Notes under the pieces: model-generated
The model's database searches: none
The model's input: only the letters and a program-made list of their open reading frames with translations
Told to the model about the DNA's origin: nothing
Shown: positions 12,888-24,752 of the stretch, one piece after another
How the letters are laid out: every line of letters starts with the position of its first letter
Numbering within the stretch: position 1 is the first letter of the stretch
Position numbers and translations under genes: made by a program
NCBI GenBank assembly: GCA_964016885.1
Contig: OZ024742.1
Coordinates: forward strand, 353,090,001 to 353,154,000
Reading direction: 5' to 3'
Length of the DNA stretch: 64,000 bases
DNA from: Eledone cirrhosa
Lineage: Eukaryota

Positions 12888-13721
12888 TTAAATCAAGCCA
12901 GATTTGTATTTCGAGAACGTAGCCTTGAGTCTGTGATTGCAATAATGAGTCCTTTCCGTTCTGTTGTTGAGAAGAGTATAATTCAATTTTAGTATGTAAA
13001 ATCGCTCCATATTGCATAATCGGCAGTAAGGCTGGCCTGCACGATATGCGGAAGCACTAGAGAGTTTTGTCCATTTCAAAGTGTATTGCAGGTTACTTTC
13101 GTACAACTGCCAAATTTTATTGGCTAAGGTAGTTACGGAACGGTATTTGATGTTCTTCATCGAACTACGGTGTTGGTACCAACGAGATTTAAAAGTGGTA
13201 GAGGTACAGCCGATATAGTGCCATCTCCGGTTATCCGATTCAACGGTGCATTGATACACCATATTGGATTCCATGCATTTGTTATTCAGAGGGCAACGAT
13301 CAGGTAGGTTGCAGTTGCACTTATCAGCTCTTGTAGTATTATTATCTTGTACAGGTTGCGTTAGGTTTATATGTGTGTCTGCTGCAGGAGGGTTTACATT
13401 CAGTGGTTGAGAGTTTGAGGAAGTGTTAATGTAGTTTGGGGTGCTTCGTGTGGATGTGCTGACTAATCGTTTGGAGTTAAGTTTTTTAATAATTAGATCG
13501 AGATTGGGTGCTGTAGAATATGAAAGCTTAATGGACCTTAGATTTAGTATTTTAGCGTATCGATGTGCAGGAGGAAAATGTGTTTTGATTAAATTGAAGA
13601 AAAGTGAAGAAATTTTAGGAGATGTTGAGGCATTGTATATTGGATTGTACCAAAGGTAGCTACGATTCCGCTTTCTAGCTAGGTTGGGTTGTGTGCTTCT
13701 ATTTCGACTATTCGACCCCAT
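12888..13721 (-). CDS. PLE linker plus GIY-YIG endonuclease (277 aa, uninterrupted, no RT core)
   Basis: WYNPIY..HFP..KLSYSTAPNL; CNCNLPDRCPLNNKC; MVYQC..YIGCTSTTFKSR; LKW; CRLCNMER; LLNNRTE. Confidence 0.85.
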   Translation of the reverse strand: MGSNSRNRSTQPNLARKRNRSYLWYNPIYNASTSPKISSLFFNLIKTHFPPAHRYAKILNLRSIKLSYSTAPNLDLIIKKLNSKRLVSTSTRSTPNYINTSSNSQPLNVNPPAADTHINLTQPVQDNNTTRADKCNCNLPDRCPLNNKCMESNMVYQCTVESDNRRWHYIGCTSTTFKSRWYQHRSSMKNIKYRSVTTLANKIWQLYESNLQYTLKWTKLSSASAYRAGQPYCRLCNMERFYILKLNYTLLNNRTERTHYCNHRLKATFSKYKSGLI

Positions 13722-13869
13722 CCTTTAATTTAAAGGACCACGAAGTCAATTTATAAGTCAACTATATAATATTATAGATGCAGCGAGATCTAGGCAAGTT
13801 GATGTCTATTGAAACGTACGTTAGAACCGAATAAATCTCTTTTACTGCATCTTTCTGTTCTTTTTGATT

Positions 13870-13916
<47 letters not shown>

Positions 13917-14064
13917 AAATTAAATTAAGGTTGTCATGTTTAAGAAACATGCGCCATATTCACTGCAGAATAAGCTCAATGATTCCGATGAACAGATCTG
14001 AGCAATTAATATCAACGTATGTGCCAATCGATTTCTAGTTGATATATATATATATATATATGTT

Positions 14065-14100
14065 TCTTCTGATGAAGGACTAGCGTCCGAAAGGTCAGGA
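14065..14100 (+). ncRNA. Minimal hammerhead-like motif in a ~100-bp insert between (TA)n tracts
   Basis: tctt-CTGATGA-aGGAC tagc GTCC-GAAA-gg-TC-agga. Stem III is vestigial in this fold. Confidence 0.6.
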
Positions 14101-14297
14101 CCTTCTTCCTGCTATTTTAGGCGTTATCTTAACATGTTTTTATCAAACACTGTTTACCTTTTACACACATATATATATATTAATATATATATATATATAT
14201 ATATATACATACATATATATATACATGTCAGAGGGTCAGTAACCCCAGTTAGAGAATATGCTCCGAAATCATTAGACGTGTCCGTTTCATTTTCTAT

Positions 14298-14409
<112 letters not shown>

Positions 14410-14721
14410 TTATTTTATACACAATTAATATTCAAGGAAAAATACACACTTAAATATATTTTCTGAGAGTACAATTCCGTAGTCCAAAAAATCCGACGGC
14501 TAATAGAAAATCGATTTAAGCAATATATTATCGATCGCCAATTATTGATTCAGTTAAAGCAAAGAGAAGTCAACGAGTTACTTATCAGAGGAATTGGGAT
14601 TTGTCAGGTCCCACAATGTACAAAACATCCTAATATTTGTTGTGAGGATAGAATCTGAAAGCTACAACTTCACATGTTGTATATATATATATATATATAT
14701 ATATATACAACTTCACATATT

Positions 14722-14764
<43 letters not shown>

Positions 14765-15563
14765 GGGGATTGCTTGTGTGTGTGTGTATAGATTCTTCTA
14801 ATCTATCTAACATGTACACATGACAAAGAATGTATGAACATTTGCAAGTTAGCACTAAACATACATCAATATTTGTATATGTATGTTCTACTTATTATAT
14901 CTCCAAGCGTATAAGAATTCTGAATCTTTTCCATGATTTGCAATGTTTACGTAGCAATTAATATATTTGGAGGGCTTATTTATTATGAAAACAAATATTG
15001 TTTTGAACACAAGAGAAATTGTAAGACATATGTTATATGCAAAGAATATGGTAACATAAACCCTACGGTGTATCAATTGTAATAAAAATTATAACCTCAG
15101 GTTTATTAATGATTTTACTTTTGAGTTACATTCAAGTATATTATGAGATATTTCATACATTCATTATACTGCATTGTAATCAATAAGGGGTTATGTTATA
15201 TATCCACGCAATATGTAAACATAATAAACGATAATATATCAACATAGTTAGGAGTTAACTATATTATACATATATATGGATAGCAGGTATAGTAATTAAA
15301 CTGAATGTAAGCGTTATGTCAGCATAATCACGTCGAAGGAAATATTGTATAAAACTATATGTTAGAGAGTATCTGTAACATATTTGTGACATATAGTATC
15401 ACGCAGCTAGGGTTAGGATTATATGATTCTAAAAGTATGTAGAAGAAAACGGGCAATTATTTTTACAAATACTCGTCGTGGAGATAAAATATAACAGAAA
15501 GTTTAAAAAGCAGTTTATAAATGAGCGGTAAAGATAAAAAGATAAGAGAAATGAACAAAATAT

Positions 15564-15748
15564 AATTGTTTCTACTGTTGGCACAGGCCAGCAATTATCA
15601 CAGTGTATTACTGGTACCTTATTTTATCGACCCCGTAAGGATGAAAGGCAAAGTTAACCTTGGCGGGATTTGAACTCAGACCATATAGGGCTGTAACTCT
15701 TTGCTGCAAAGCATGGCGTCAGATCCTTTACCAATACTGCCAATCCAA
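15564..15748 (-). mobile_element. tRNA-derived SINE
   Basis: Matches the other SINE copies. Confidence 0.9.
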
Positions 15749-16082
15749 AAATGTAATAGAATACTATGAGAGAACTTGATGTAAACATACTCAATATGTA
15801 GAGCATTAGCTCGTATCATTAAAAAAAATGTAGGCGATGCATGCTTGTACTGTTCGAGGAATATGCATTAAATATTAGTAGAGTATCTCTACAGTTATTT
15901 ACATATGATGGTGAAAATAAATCTATCCAACTGCAGCAAACTCTATGTAACACTAAATGTTGAAGGTTCAAATGTGCATGAAAGATTTCATATAAAATCC
16001 CTGGCCAAATTTTCGGAAAAGTTGTACCTATAGTATGAGATAATCATGTATACATATAAATACAAAAACACACACACACAAA

Positions 16083-16121
<39 letters not shown>

Positions 16122-16367
16122 ACACACACACACACGCACACACACACATACACACACACACACACACACATATATATATTTATTTAGGTTTGAAGGTTCA
16201 CCACTGGAGAGAGCTGGTCATTCCATATGGTCAATCTTGATGTGATAATATGGAGAGTACTCAACGTAAAGCCGCTCAGCCGTCTTCGTTTGTGTAATTG
16301 TCCGGAGTTAAATATTATAATAAAATAACAGGAGGCTGTACTTGTGTAAATCCTTGAAAGGTTTGTT

Positions 16368-16425
16368 ATACTATGATCATTTCAATGACCGGGTTCCGTG
16401 TGAATCCAGTGATATCATCAGGTAT
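16368..16425 (-). ncRNA. Hammerhead ribozyme (family F)
   Basis: atac-CTGATGA-tatcactgg..ccggtcatt-GAAA-TGATCA-TA-gtat. Stem I is 4 bp; stem III is palindromic. Confidence 0.85.
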
Positions 16426-19030
16426 TCGAAATATAATAAATGCATGTAACAGATAAAATCCATGGGGCTGAAAATCATAGACCCGAGGACGACCGACGAT
16501 CTAGCATCTTCCACTTTAGCCGGTCGCCCTCAAGTGCTGGCTATTCGGTCTACTTAAGGCTATCTGGTGAGGGGGCGAAAGCTTATAATGTATACTAACC
16601 TCCCGGTCAAATTGAAAAAGGAAGACAGAAAGAAACAAGAAAATCAGCGTTAATGTCATGCTACAATAAGGCTAGGAATTGCCGCGAAAAATGTTATTCT
16701 AAAGAACATATATCTTAACAGAGGTATATATTATTACAGAGGTATATATATTGGGCGTCTGCATGGTATAATGTGTGAACAGAGAATTGGAACGTTAAAT
16801 TTGTGTTTAGATTTATAGGATTAAATTAAAATAATTAAATTAAAGACTAACATTATGAAATAAAAAAATATTTGAAAATTAAAAAGTAAACAGTTTTAAA
16901 AAATGATGGTTTGGGTTGCGAGATTTATTTAAAGAATTTACAGAGAGAGTCTTTTATGAAAGGTTTTAAGTATATTATAGAAATCCTCGATAAGTTTTCA
17001 GGGTGGGGTATAGAGTAAAGATTAATCTTTGTTTAGCAGTCAAACAACACGCTACGACTGCAGACTCCGGCCAGCCCATCCTAACCATTTGACAGCCATT
17101 CCGAGTGAAACCGTCTAGCGAGAGATATTGAAATCAATTTTTCCGAGCACTCGAGGAATGTAACTGTTCTAGGCTCCGGGTGTAATAGACGGTTGAGCTG
17201 CTTTACGTAGAGTTCTCTCCATATTATTACATCAAGATTGACCATACGGAATGACCAGCTCTATCCAATGGTGAACCTTCAAACCTAAATAAATAATGCT
17301 CCTGAAATGTTGAGCACTTCCAGATGTAATAATGAACAGCGGCCTGGAACTGAATCTATCTACTCACCATTCGGATTTTGGCTACTCTACGGCTTGTCTA
17401 TCGCCCATCTGGTCCAATGCTACTTCCATGTCGGGAATATTCAAACTACGACACATTTCTACGGATTATACCATAATCCGTATTGTACTGTACTGTATTG
17501 ACTGAATTCTCTACCCTATACTTCAGGGCCTTTGTAATTCACATTTCTTCCATCCCTTATATCTAAAGCATTATCTAACTGCAACTTGATCTATATTGTA
17601 TTTCCCCTGTGTTTTGATTTCTCCGATATGTTCTTATATACTTCCGTTTTACTCCACCACCACCCTAGCTATGACGGCGAAATTATTTATTGTTTTATGT
17701 ATTTTTTCATTTATTTATTTATTTATATATTTCTACCTTTTTACTTTATTAATGTGTTTTTATATTCGTATTCTGCATTTAATTATCTATGTATTCTTGG
17801 TTTTTGCCTACTGTTCCTTTTATTTGGGTTTTTACTCGTTTTACTCTCATTAAGTACTTATCATTGTACTCGTTAGCACACGACACTATAATATCTTCCC
17901 CTGAGAACCACAATACTTATAACTCGGACTATCTGGGGACCTAGATACAGACTATTTGCGCTTTTCACCGGGTTTTATAATTGATAACACGCGATGATCC
18001 GACTGGTGTGGTGGTTTTTCTGGCTGCGCTCCCGGCGCCCTGGAGCATATGCCTTGGAAAAACAAATGTCCTCTTCTTTCGGTAAATGAAATTACTCGGA
18101 GCGGATGCTTCGCCCCGGGGCCCCTCACGACGCCGTTTTTGACCGCCATATAGTACTTTTAAATTCTAGGCATAATCTTAACTATTAGCTGTATCATGAC
18201 TCCCTCTACTGGAACTTAAACAAATCCCCCTCCTGTGTAAATTAATAGTACTCGTTTGGTATAACGATGGCCTAACGACGATGGCTGACTTCCCACTAGC
18301 ACACCAGAAGCCTAGAACAGTTACATTCCTCGAGTGCTCGTAAAAATTGATTTCTATATCTCTCACTAGACGGTTTCACTCGGAATGGCTGTCAAATGGT
18401 TAGGATGGGCTGGCCGGAGTCTGCAGTCGTCGCGTGCTGTTTGACTGCTAAACAAAGAGTTAATCTTTACTTTATATCCCACCCTGATAATTTATCGAGG
18501 ATCTCTATAATACTCTTAACATTTTTCATAAAAGACTCTCTCTGTAAATTCTTAAAATAAATCTCGCAACCCAAACCATCATTTTTATTAAACTGTTTAC
18601 TTTTTTAATTTTCAGATATTGTTTTATTTTATAATTTTAATAGTTATTTTAATTTTAATTATTTCATCCTATCAATCTAAACAAAAATTTAACATTCCAA
18701 TTCTCTGTTTACACATTATACCCTGCAGACGCCCAATATATATACCTCTGTAATAATATATACCTCTGTTAAGGTATATGTTCTTTAGAATAACATTTTT
18801 CGCGGCAATTCCTAGCCTGATTGTAGCATGACATTAACGCTGACTTTTCTTCTTTTTTCTCTGTCTTGTTTTTTCTTTTTGACCGGGAGGTTAGTATCAC
18901 ATTATAAGCTTTCGCCCCCACACCGGATAGCCTTAAGTAGACCGAATAGCCAGCACTTGATGGCGACCGGCTAAAGTGGAAGATGCTAGATGGTCGGTCG
19001 TCCTCGGGTCTATGATTTATTATATTTCAA

Positions 19031-19088
19031 ATATCTGATGATATCACCGTATTCATACGGAACTCGGTAATTGAAATGATCATAGTAT
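19031..19088 (+). ncRNA. Hammerhead ribozyme (family F, second arm)
   Basis: atat-CTGATGA-tatcaccg..cggtaatt-GAAA-TGATCA-TA-gtat. Confidence 0.85.
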
Positions 19089-19140
19089 AATAAACCTTTC
19101 ATGGATTATCACAAGTCCAGCTTCCTGTTATTGTATTATA

Positions 19141-19352
<212 letters not shown>

Positions 19353-19401
19353 CATGTGTGTGTGTGTGTGTGTGTTTGTATAACCTAGATATAATTATAT
19401 T

Positions 19402-20072
<671 letters not shown>

Positions 20073-20111
20073 AATATATATATATATATGTATTTATAAA
20101 TATATATATAT

Positions 20112-20644
20112 ATAGTAATAATAATAAATTTGAAGACTAACATCCACAGAGGACTCGATAAGGATAAATATATATTAGATATATAAGAATCGTAGAGCAA
20201 ATATTTATTCAAATAACACATTAAAGTTTAAGCAAATAATCGCTGCTTTCACCCTTAACGAGATCTTCTGAAACTAAATAAAATCAAACTGTGAACGCAG
20301 AAATAAATTTTTCGAAAAACGTTGTAGAAATAGTCAGATGTTGTTGCTTCATGATGAATATAAGTCAATAGATTGATCTACGGTTCTTATATATCTTATA
20401 CATATTTATCTTTATCGAGCCCTCTTTAGATGTTATTCTTCAAATGTATTATTATTACTATTTGGCTCCCTCGGTTGAGCACTCTATTGACTTATATTCA
20501 TCATGCAGAACCAACCTATGAATATTTCTACAAATTTCTTTCGAAATATATACTTCTGCGTTCACAGTTTGATTTTTTCTTTAGTTTCAGAAGATCGCCG
20601 TAAGTGTGCAAACAGCGATTCTTTGCTTAAACTTTAATCTGTTA

Positions 20645-20652
<8 letters not shown>
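20112..20652. mobile_element. Fold-back of a ~285-nt internally deleted mini-derivative of PLE family B, with HHRs at 20225-20275 (-) and 20583-20633 (+, decayed)
   Basis: Both arms join the family B 5' UTR and first ~10 codons (ttcatcATG..atttctacaa) directly to the 3' pLTR (..ttt.gaaa..ttctgcgttcacag..HHR). Confidence 0.85.
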
Positions 20653-20682
<30 letters not shown>

Positions 20683-20687
<5 letters not shown>

Positions 20688-20999
20688 AGAAGTTGTATTT
20701 AATTTGATGGCAGTACGACAAACGTAAATGTTTTAACTGATTTAGAGCACTCAACAGCTTACTGGAGTAAATATTCAATGATATTAAATAAATGGAAACT
20801 ATATTTATAAAACCATATTTATTTTATTATATATATTTCAAACCGATAAGGTATAATTTTCATGAGTACGTCTCTATTCATAAAACAAACGTTGTATGTT
20901 ATCTGATGAAAGCGTACCAATGTAGTCTTGGTTGCCCATGAAATATATATAATAATATAAATATGGTTTTATGAATATAGTTTCCATTTATTTAATATA

Positions 21000-21000
<1 letters not shown>
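20683..21000. mobile_element. Short fold-back of family G-type pLTR
   Basis: 20781-20840 is inverted at 20939-20999. 20683-20830 matches the reverse complement of 47205-47347. Confidence 0.8.
20896..20958 (+). ncRNA. Hammerhead ribozyme (G-type)
   Basis: atgttat-CTGATGA-..accaa/ttggt..-GAAA-TATATA-TA-ataatat. Confidence 0.75.
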
Positions 21001-21036
<36 letters not shown>

Positions 21037-21039
<3 letters not shown>

Positions 21040-23789
21040 AAATTCATCCAGTTTGACATAGAGAGTTACTATGCTTCAATTACCTTACCGCTACTTACGG
21101 CTGCCTTCGACTTTGCCGAGACACTTGCGCCAATCTCACCGGCCAGGAAAGAAACATCATCCTCCACGCCAGGAAGACAGTCCTACTTTTCGATAAATCC
21201 AAATGGATAAAGACAGCTCCTGACTCACCCTTCGACGTCAGCATGGGCGCGACGGATTCGGCTGAGGTCACATATCTTATAGGATTGTTCCTACTAGTTA
21301 AACTCACAGATATGTTTCCTGCATTCGGCAGTGGATTGTACCGTCATGATGAGCTCCTTACCCTTAAAGAGTACAATCCCAGTAGTACAGACAGGGTCCG
21401 TAAACAATTAATCAGCTTCTTACGCGACTAGGGATTTAAAATAACCCTACAAACGTCTCTGACCCGAGTAAACTTCCTGGACGCTACACTTGACCTCGAT
21501 AATGATCTGTACTACTCATACAGGAAACGCAACGACAACCTGCACTACACCACCGCCGGTCAACCCATCCTAGGAACATCACCAATAACCTGGTTAAAAA
21601 CAACTCCCTCCGGATATCTCGTTTCTCCGCTAATGAGCAGATATTTGAGGAACATGCGCCTTATTGCAACCAGGCCCACAAGCGGAGTGGCTTCCGGGAG
21701 GAAATATCCCAGTGTCCAGCTTCCATTAGAGGAACCAGCAGGCGACACCGCCGCTAACGCAACGTAAAATGGTTCAATCCTCTCCACAACGCCGAGGTGA
21801 CAACTCCTTCGGGAAAATCTTCTTTAGGCTCATCGAAAAACACTTTCCACTACAACACCGCTACCACAACATAATCAACACAAATACCATCAAACTCTCC
21901 TACAGCACCACACCAAGCTTTGTACAAAACATCGTCTCCTCTAACAACAACAAAACTCAACCCCTATGGAAGAAATAACGTAAATAGCAGTGGAGAGCCG
22001 ACCAGGAGGTGCAACTGTGTCGACGGATCCATGTGCCCCCTTGACGACAGATGCAGAGATCGTAATGTGATCTACCAGTGCAACGTGAGGACGGACACCT
22101 CCAACAAAGCTTATATAGGATTAACCGCATGTGACTTCAAGACCCGGCTATACCAACACAGACAAACTTTCCGAAACTTTGCCCGGCGTCATGCCACCAC
22201 ACTTTCGGGCCACATCTGGGACGTCAAAGATAACAATATTACCTATGATCTCACTTGGAGCTTACCGACCTGAGCCAACTCTTACACGGGAGGACACCGT
22301 CCGTGCAATTTATGCTCTAAGGAAACTTTACAAATGCTGTTTTCGACGGACCAACTCCTAAACAAGAAAGACGAACTGGTAACTGCATGCAAAACACAGA
22401 TTGCGTAGGACTTACATCACCCTCACACCCCATAATGACCCGGTGCGGGGGGGGGGGGGGTAGACAAGGGCTGTAATACCCCACTTGCCGACTTTGTAAT
22501 GTGTAACCCCTGCTTGCAAAGGTAGACGTAAATCTTCTTTTATATCTTTTTATCGTTTCCTCTATATTTCCTTCTTTCCCCATCCCTTCCTAGTCCTTCC
22601 ACCCAGTCCTCCTTCTCTGTCGTCGTCCTTTTCACTTTCTCGCCCACCCGAGGCAGCCCCGCGGTCCTTTGTAGCCTCAGTACCCCCACCCCACCCCCTA
22701 TTCTATTATAGAATTGGCCGACTCCACTTTTTATAGCAGATGTGATAGACCCCACATACTTGCTTTCTTATCCGATGGCTGCTCCATTTCCGTGCTTTCT
22801 ACATTTCTTAGTGGTATCTCTGCTTTAATTACTCGTATATCAGTATTTATTTTTTTTTGGTGATTCTGAATTAATTTTCCGTATGAAATTGTTCATATAC
22901 TTCGAACGAGCATTTATGTAGTTTGCACTAGCATTTTTGTATCGTAGCGGCACCCTTAGAGATAGTATTAGTATTCATTTTCGGGATTCTGAATTATTAT
23001 TTCGTATTAGTTTATTTTTTACACTGGGTGGTTGCTGGTATTGTGCTTAGGGTAGAAACAATTATTTCGTATTAGTTTCGGGACTCTGAATTATTATTTC
23101 GTGGTAGTCTCTTTAGTATCCCCCCCCCCCACACACACACACTTGTTGACCTGTCACCGTAAGATATACTCGGTTGATTACTACTAACTCTTAAAATTGT
23201 CTCACTACAATTCCGTCCCACCTAGTAAACTTTTCTATAGTTTAGCAGTACCAGTATGAGACTTGATGACTGTGGTTAGGGAATAGTAACCAGATATTGT
23301 TTTTTAATATTTTTAACATTATTGGTATTCTTCTATATATATATACTCCATATTGATTTACTTATTGTCTCGACTGCCTCCCCCTCCCCCTCCCTAGTAT
23401 ACTTGCTTGACCTCCTGCCCTGATGTAGTTGGCACTATCAACGCACGACTGGGTTTCCTCCACTCCCTCTCCCTCTTTCTTCTACTGGCAGGTTCAGCTA
23501 CCCCTTCCTTCCACAAATTGCCATGATAGAATTATGTTTCTCGACAACAGACTTTTGACCAATCCTTGTGACAATCACTTTTACCATATATGGAATTAGC
23601 CCCTGAGAAGCTCGGCTATTCATATACCAGTATAAACATTTTCATTCAGTCCAGACCAGAATTAGCCGTCGAAACGGCTTGAGCTCAGCCGTCGGCGTCC
23701 TACTCGTTCCTATTACCCACTCTACTACCCTAAGTATTGAGTACTTTGGTGCGTTATGGTCCACCTGGTTCCTTACCACATTTCCTTCG

Positions 23790-23791
<2 letters not shown>
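21037..23791 (+). mobile_element. Penelope-like element, family A, 5'-truncated degenerate copy
   Basis: KFIQFDIESYYASI..FDVSMGATDSAEV..GLYRHD..VNFLDATLDL, then GIY-YIG, with many frameshifts. pLTR ends at (TA)n. HHR-like motif at 23600-23697 (core CTGAGAA). Confidence 0.93.
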
Positions 23792-23823
<32 letters not shown>

Positions 23824-23869
23824 ATATATATAATAATAATAATAAGGGTTGACGGATGTATATATATAT

Positions 23870-24503
23870 ATTATAAATGTAAGCTATCACCGTATTTTGA
23901 CTAAAGAAATTAAAGAAATTATTTAGCCTGATTAAGAACCCTCGGAGAAATGAAAAAAGATGTGTATTGACGTACGTGGGAGTCTAACACACATCTTTGG
24001 TTATCCAGACTACTGTGCTACCAATTACACCAACACATTACCCGTCTTTTTCCATTCAAATTAGAAGCTATACACTTAGCGACTGTAATGCCAAGTAAGA
24101 ATATTTTCGAAACAGGGAGCGCGTTTGAAATTATTATAAATGCAAGCTATCGCTGTATTGTACGTCAATACTCGTCTTTTTCCATTGATCCGAGGGTCTT
24201 AAGCCCACTCTCAGGCTAAATAATTTCTTTAAATTCTTCAGTCAAAATATAGTCGCTAAGTTTATAGCTTCTAATTTGAATGGAAAAAGACGGGTGATGT
24301 GTTGGTGTAAATGGTAGCACTGTGGTCTGGATAACCAAAGATGTGGGTTCGTCTCTCATGTATGTCAATACTCATCTTTTTCCATTTCTCTGAGGGTTCT
24401 TAACACCACTATCAGGCTAAATAATTTATTTAGTCAAAATACGGCGATAGCTTACACTTAAAATCATTTCAAACCAGCTGGCTGTTTCGGAAATATTCTT
24501 ACT
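23870..24503. repeat. Complex non-coding fold-back/partial tandem element between (TA)n tracts
   Basis: ~23880-24085 is inverted at ~24250-24457, and 24094-24155 is inverted at ~24440-24503. Confidence 0.75.
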
Positions 24504-24706
24504 ACATATATATATATAGTTGTTATATAGTAAGGTGTATTATTGGTTGTGCAAAATGGTCCAAGAAATTTCTGTAGGCAATATTAAGTTATCCACGCTT
24601 TAGTATATCACCAATTCCATTCACGGGAACAACTAGATGATGTAAAACGGAGTATTAGTAGCAAAATAAAAATACGAAGGCAACGTAAAATTTCCAATCA
24701 TTTTAA

Positions 24707-24752
24707 TCACGACACATGTTTCAATAAGAGATAGATCGATCTCATCAGGTGA
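24707..24752 (-). ncRNA. Hammerhead ribozyme (family E, inverted arm)
   Basis: tcac-CTGATGA-gat..att-GAAA-catgtg-TC-gtga. Confidence 0.75.

Larger units (their letters stand above)
12215..13872 (-). mobile_element. Penelope-like element, family C (Hydra-type), 5'-truncated with inverted pLTR piece
   Basis: GIY-YIG ORF plus 3' UTR with HHR. 13780-13873 is an inverted copy of 12359-12452. (TA)n on both sides. Confidence 0.9.
16178..19140 (+). mobile_element. Non-coding HHR-bearing fold-back element, family F (~2-kb unit plus ~1-kb inverted arm)
   Basis: 16178-16285 is inverted at 17188-17295, and ~16315-17180 is inverted at ~18305-19140. No RT or EN motif in the ORF track. Flanked by (TA)/(CA)n. 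Confidence 0.85.

Noticed and set aside
16178-17295. Apparent MITE with ~110-bp terminal inverted repeats
   Set aside because: The 'TIRs' are part of the larger family F fold-back, which carries HHRs; there is no transposase-type TSD.
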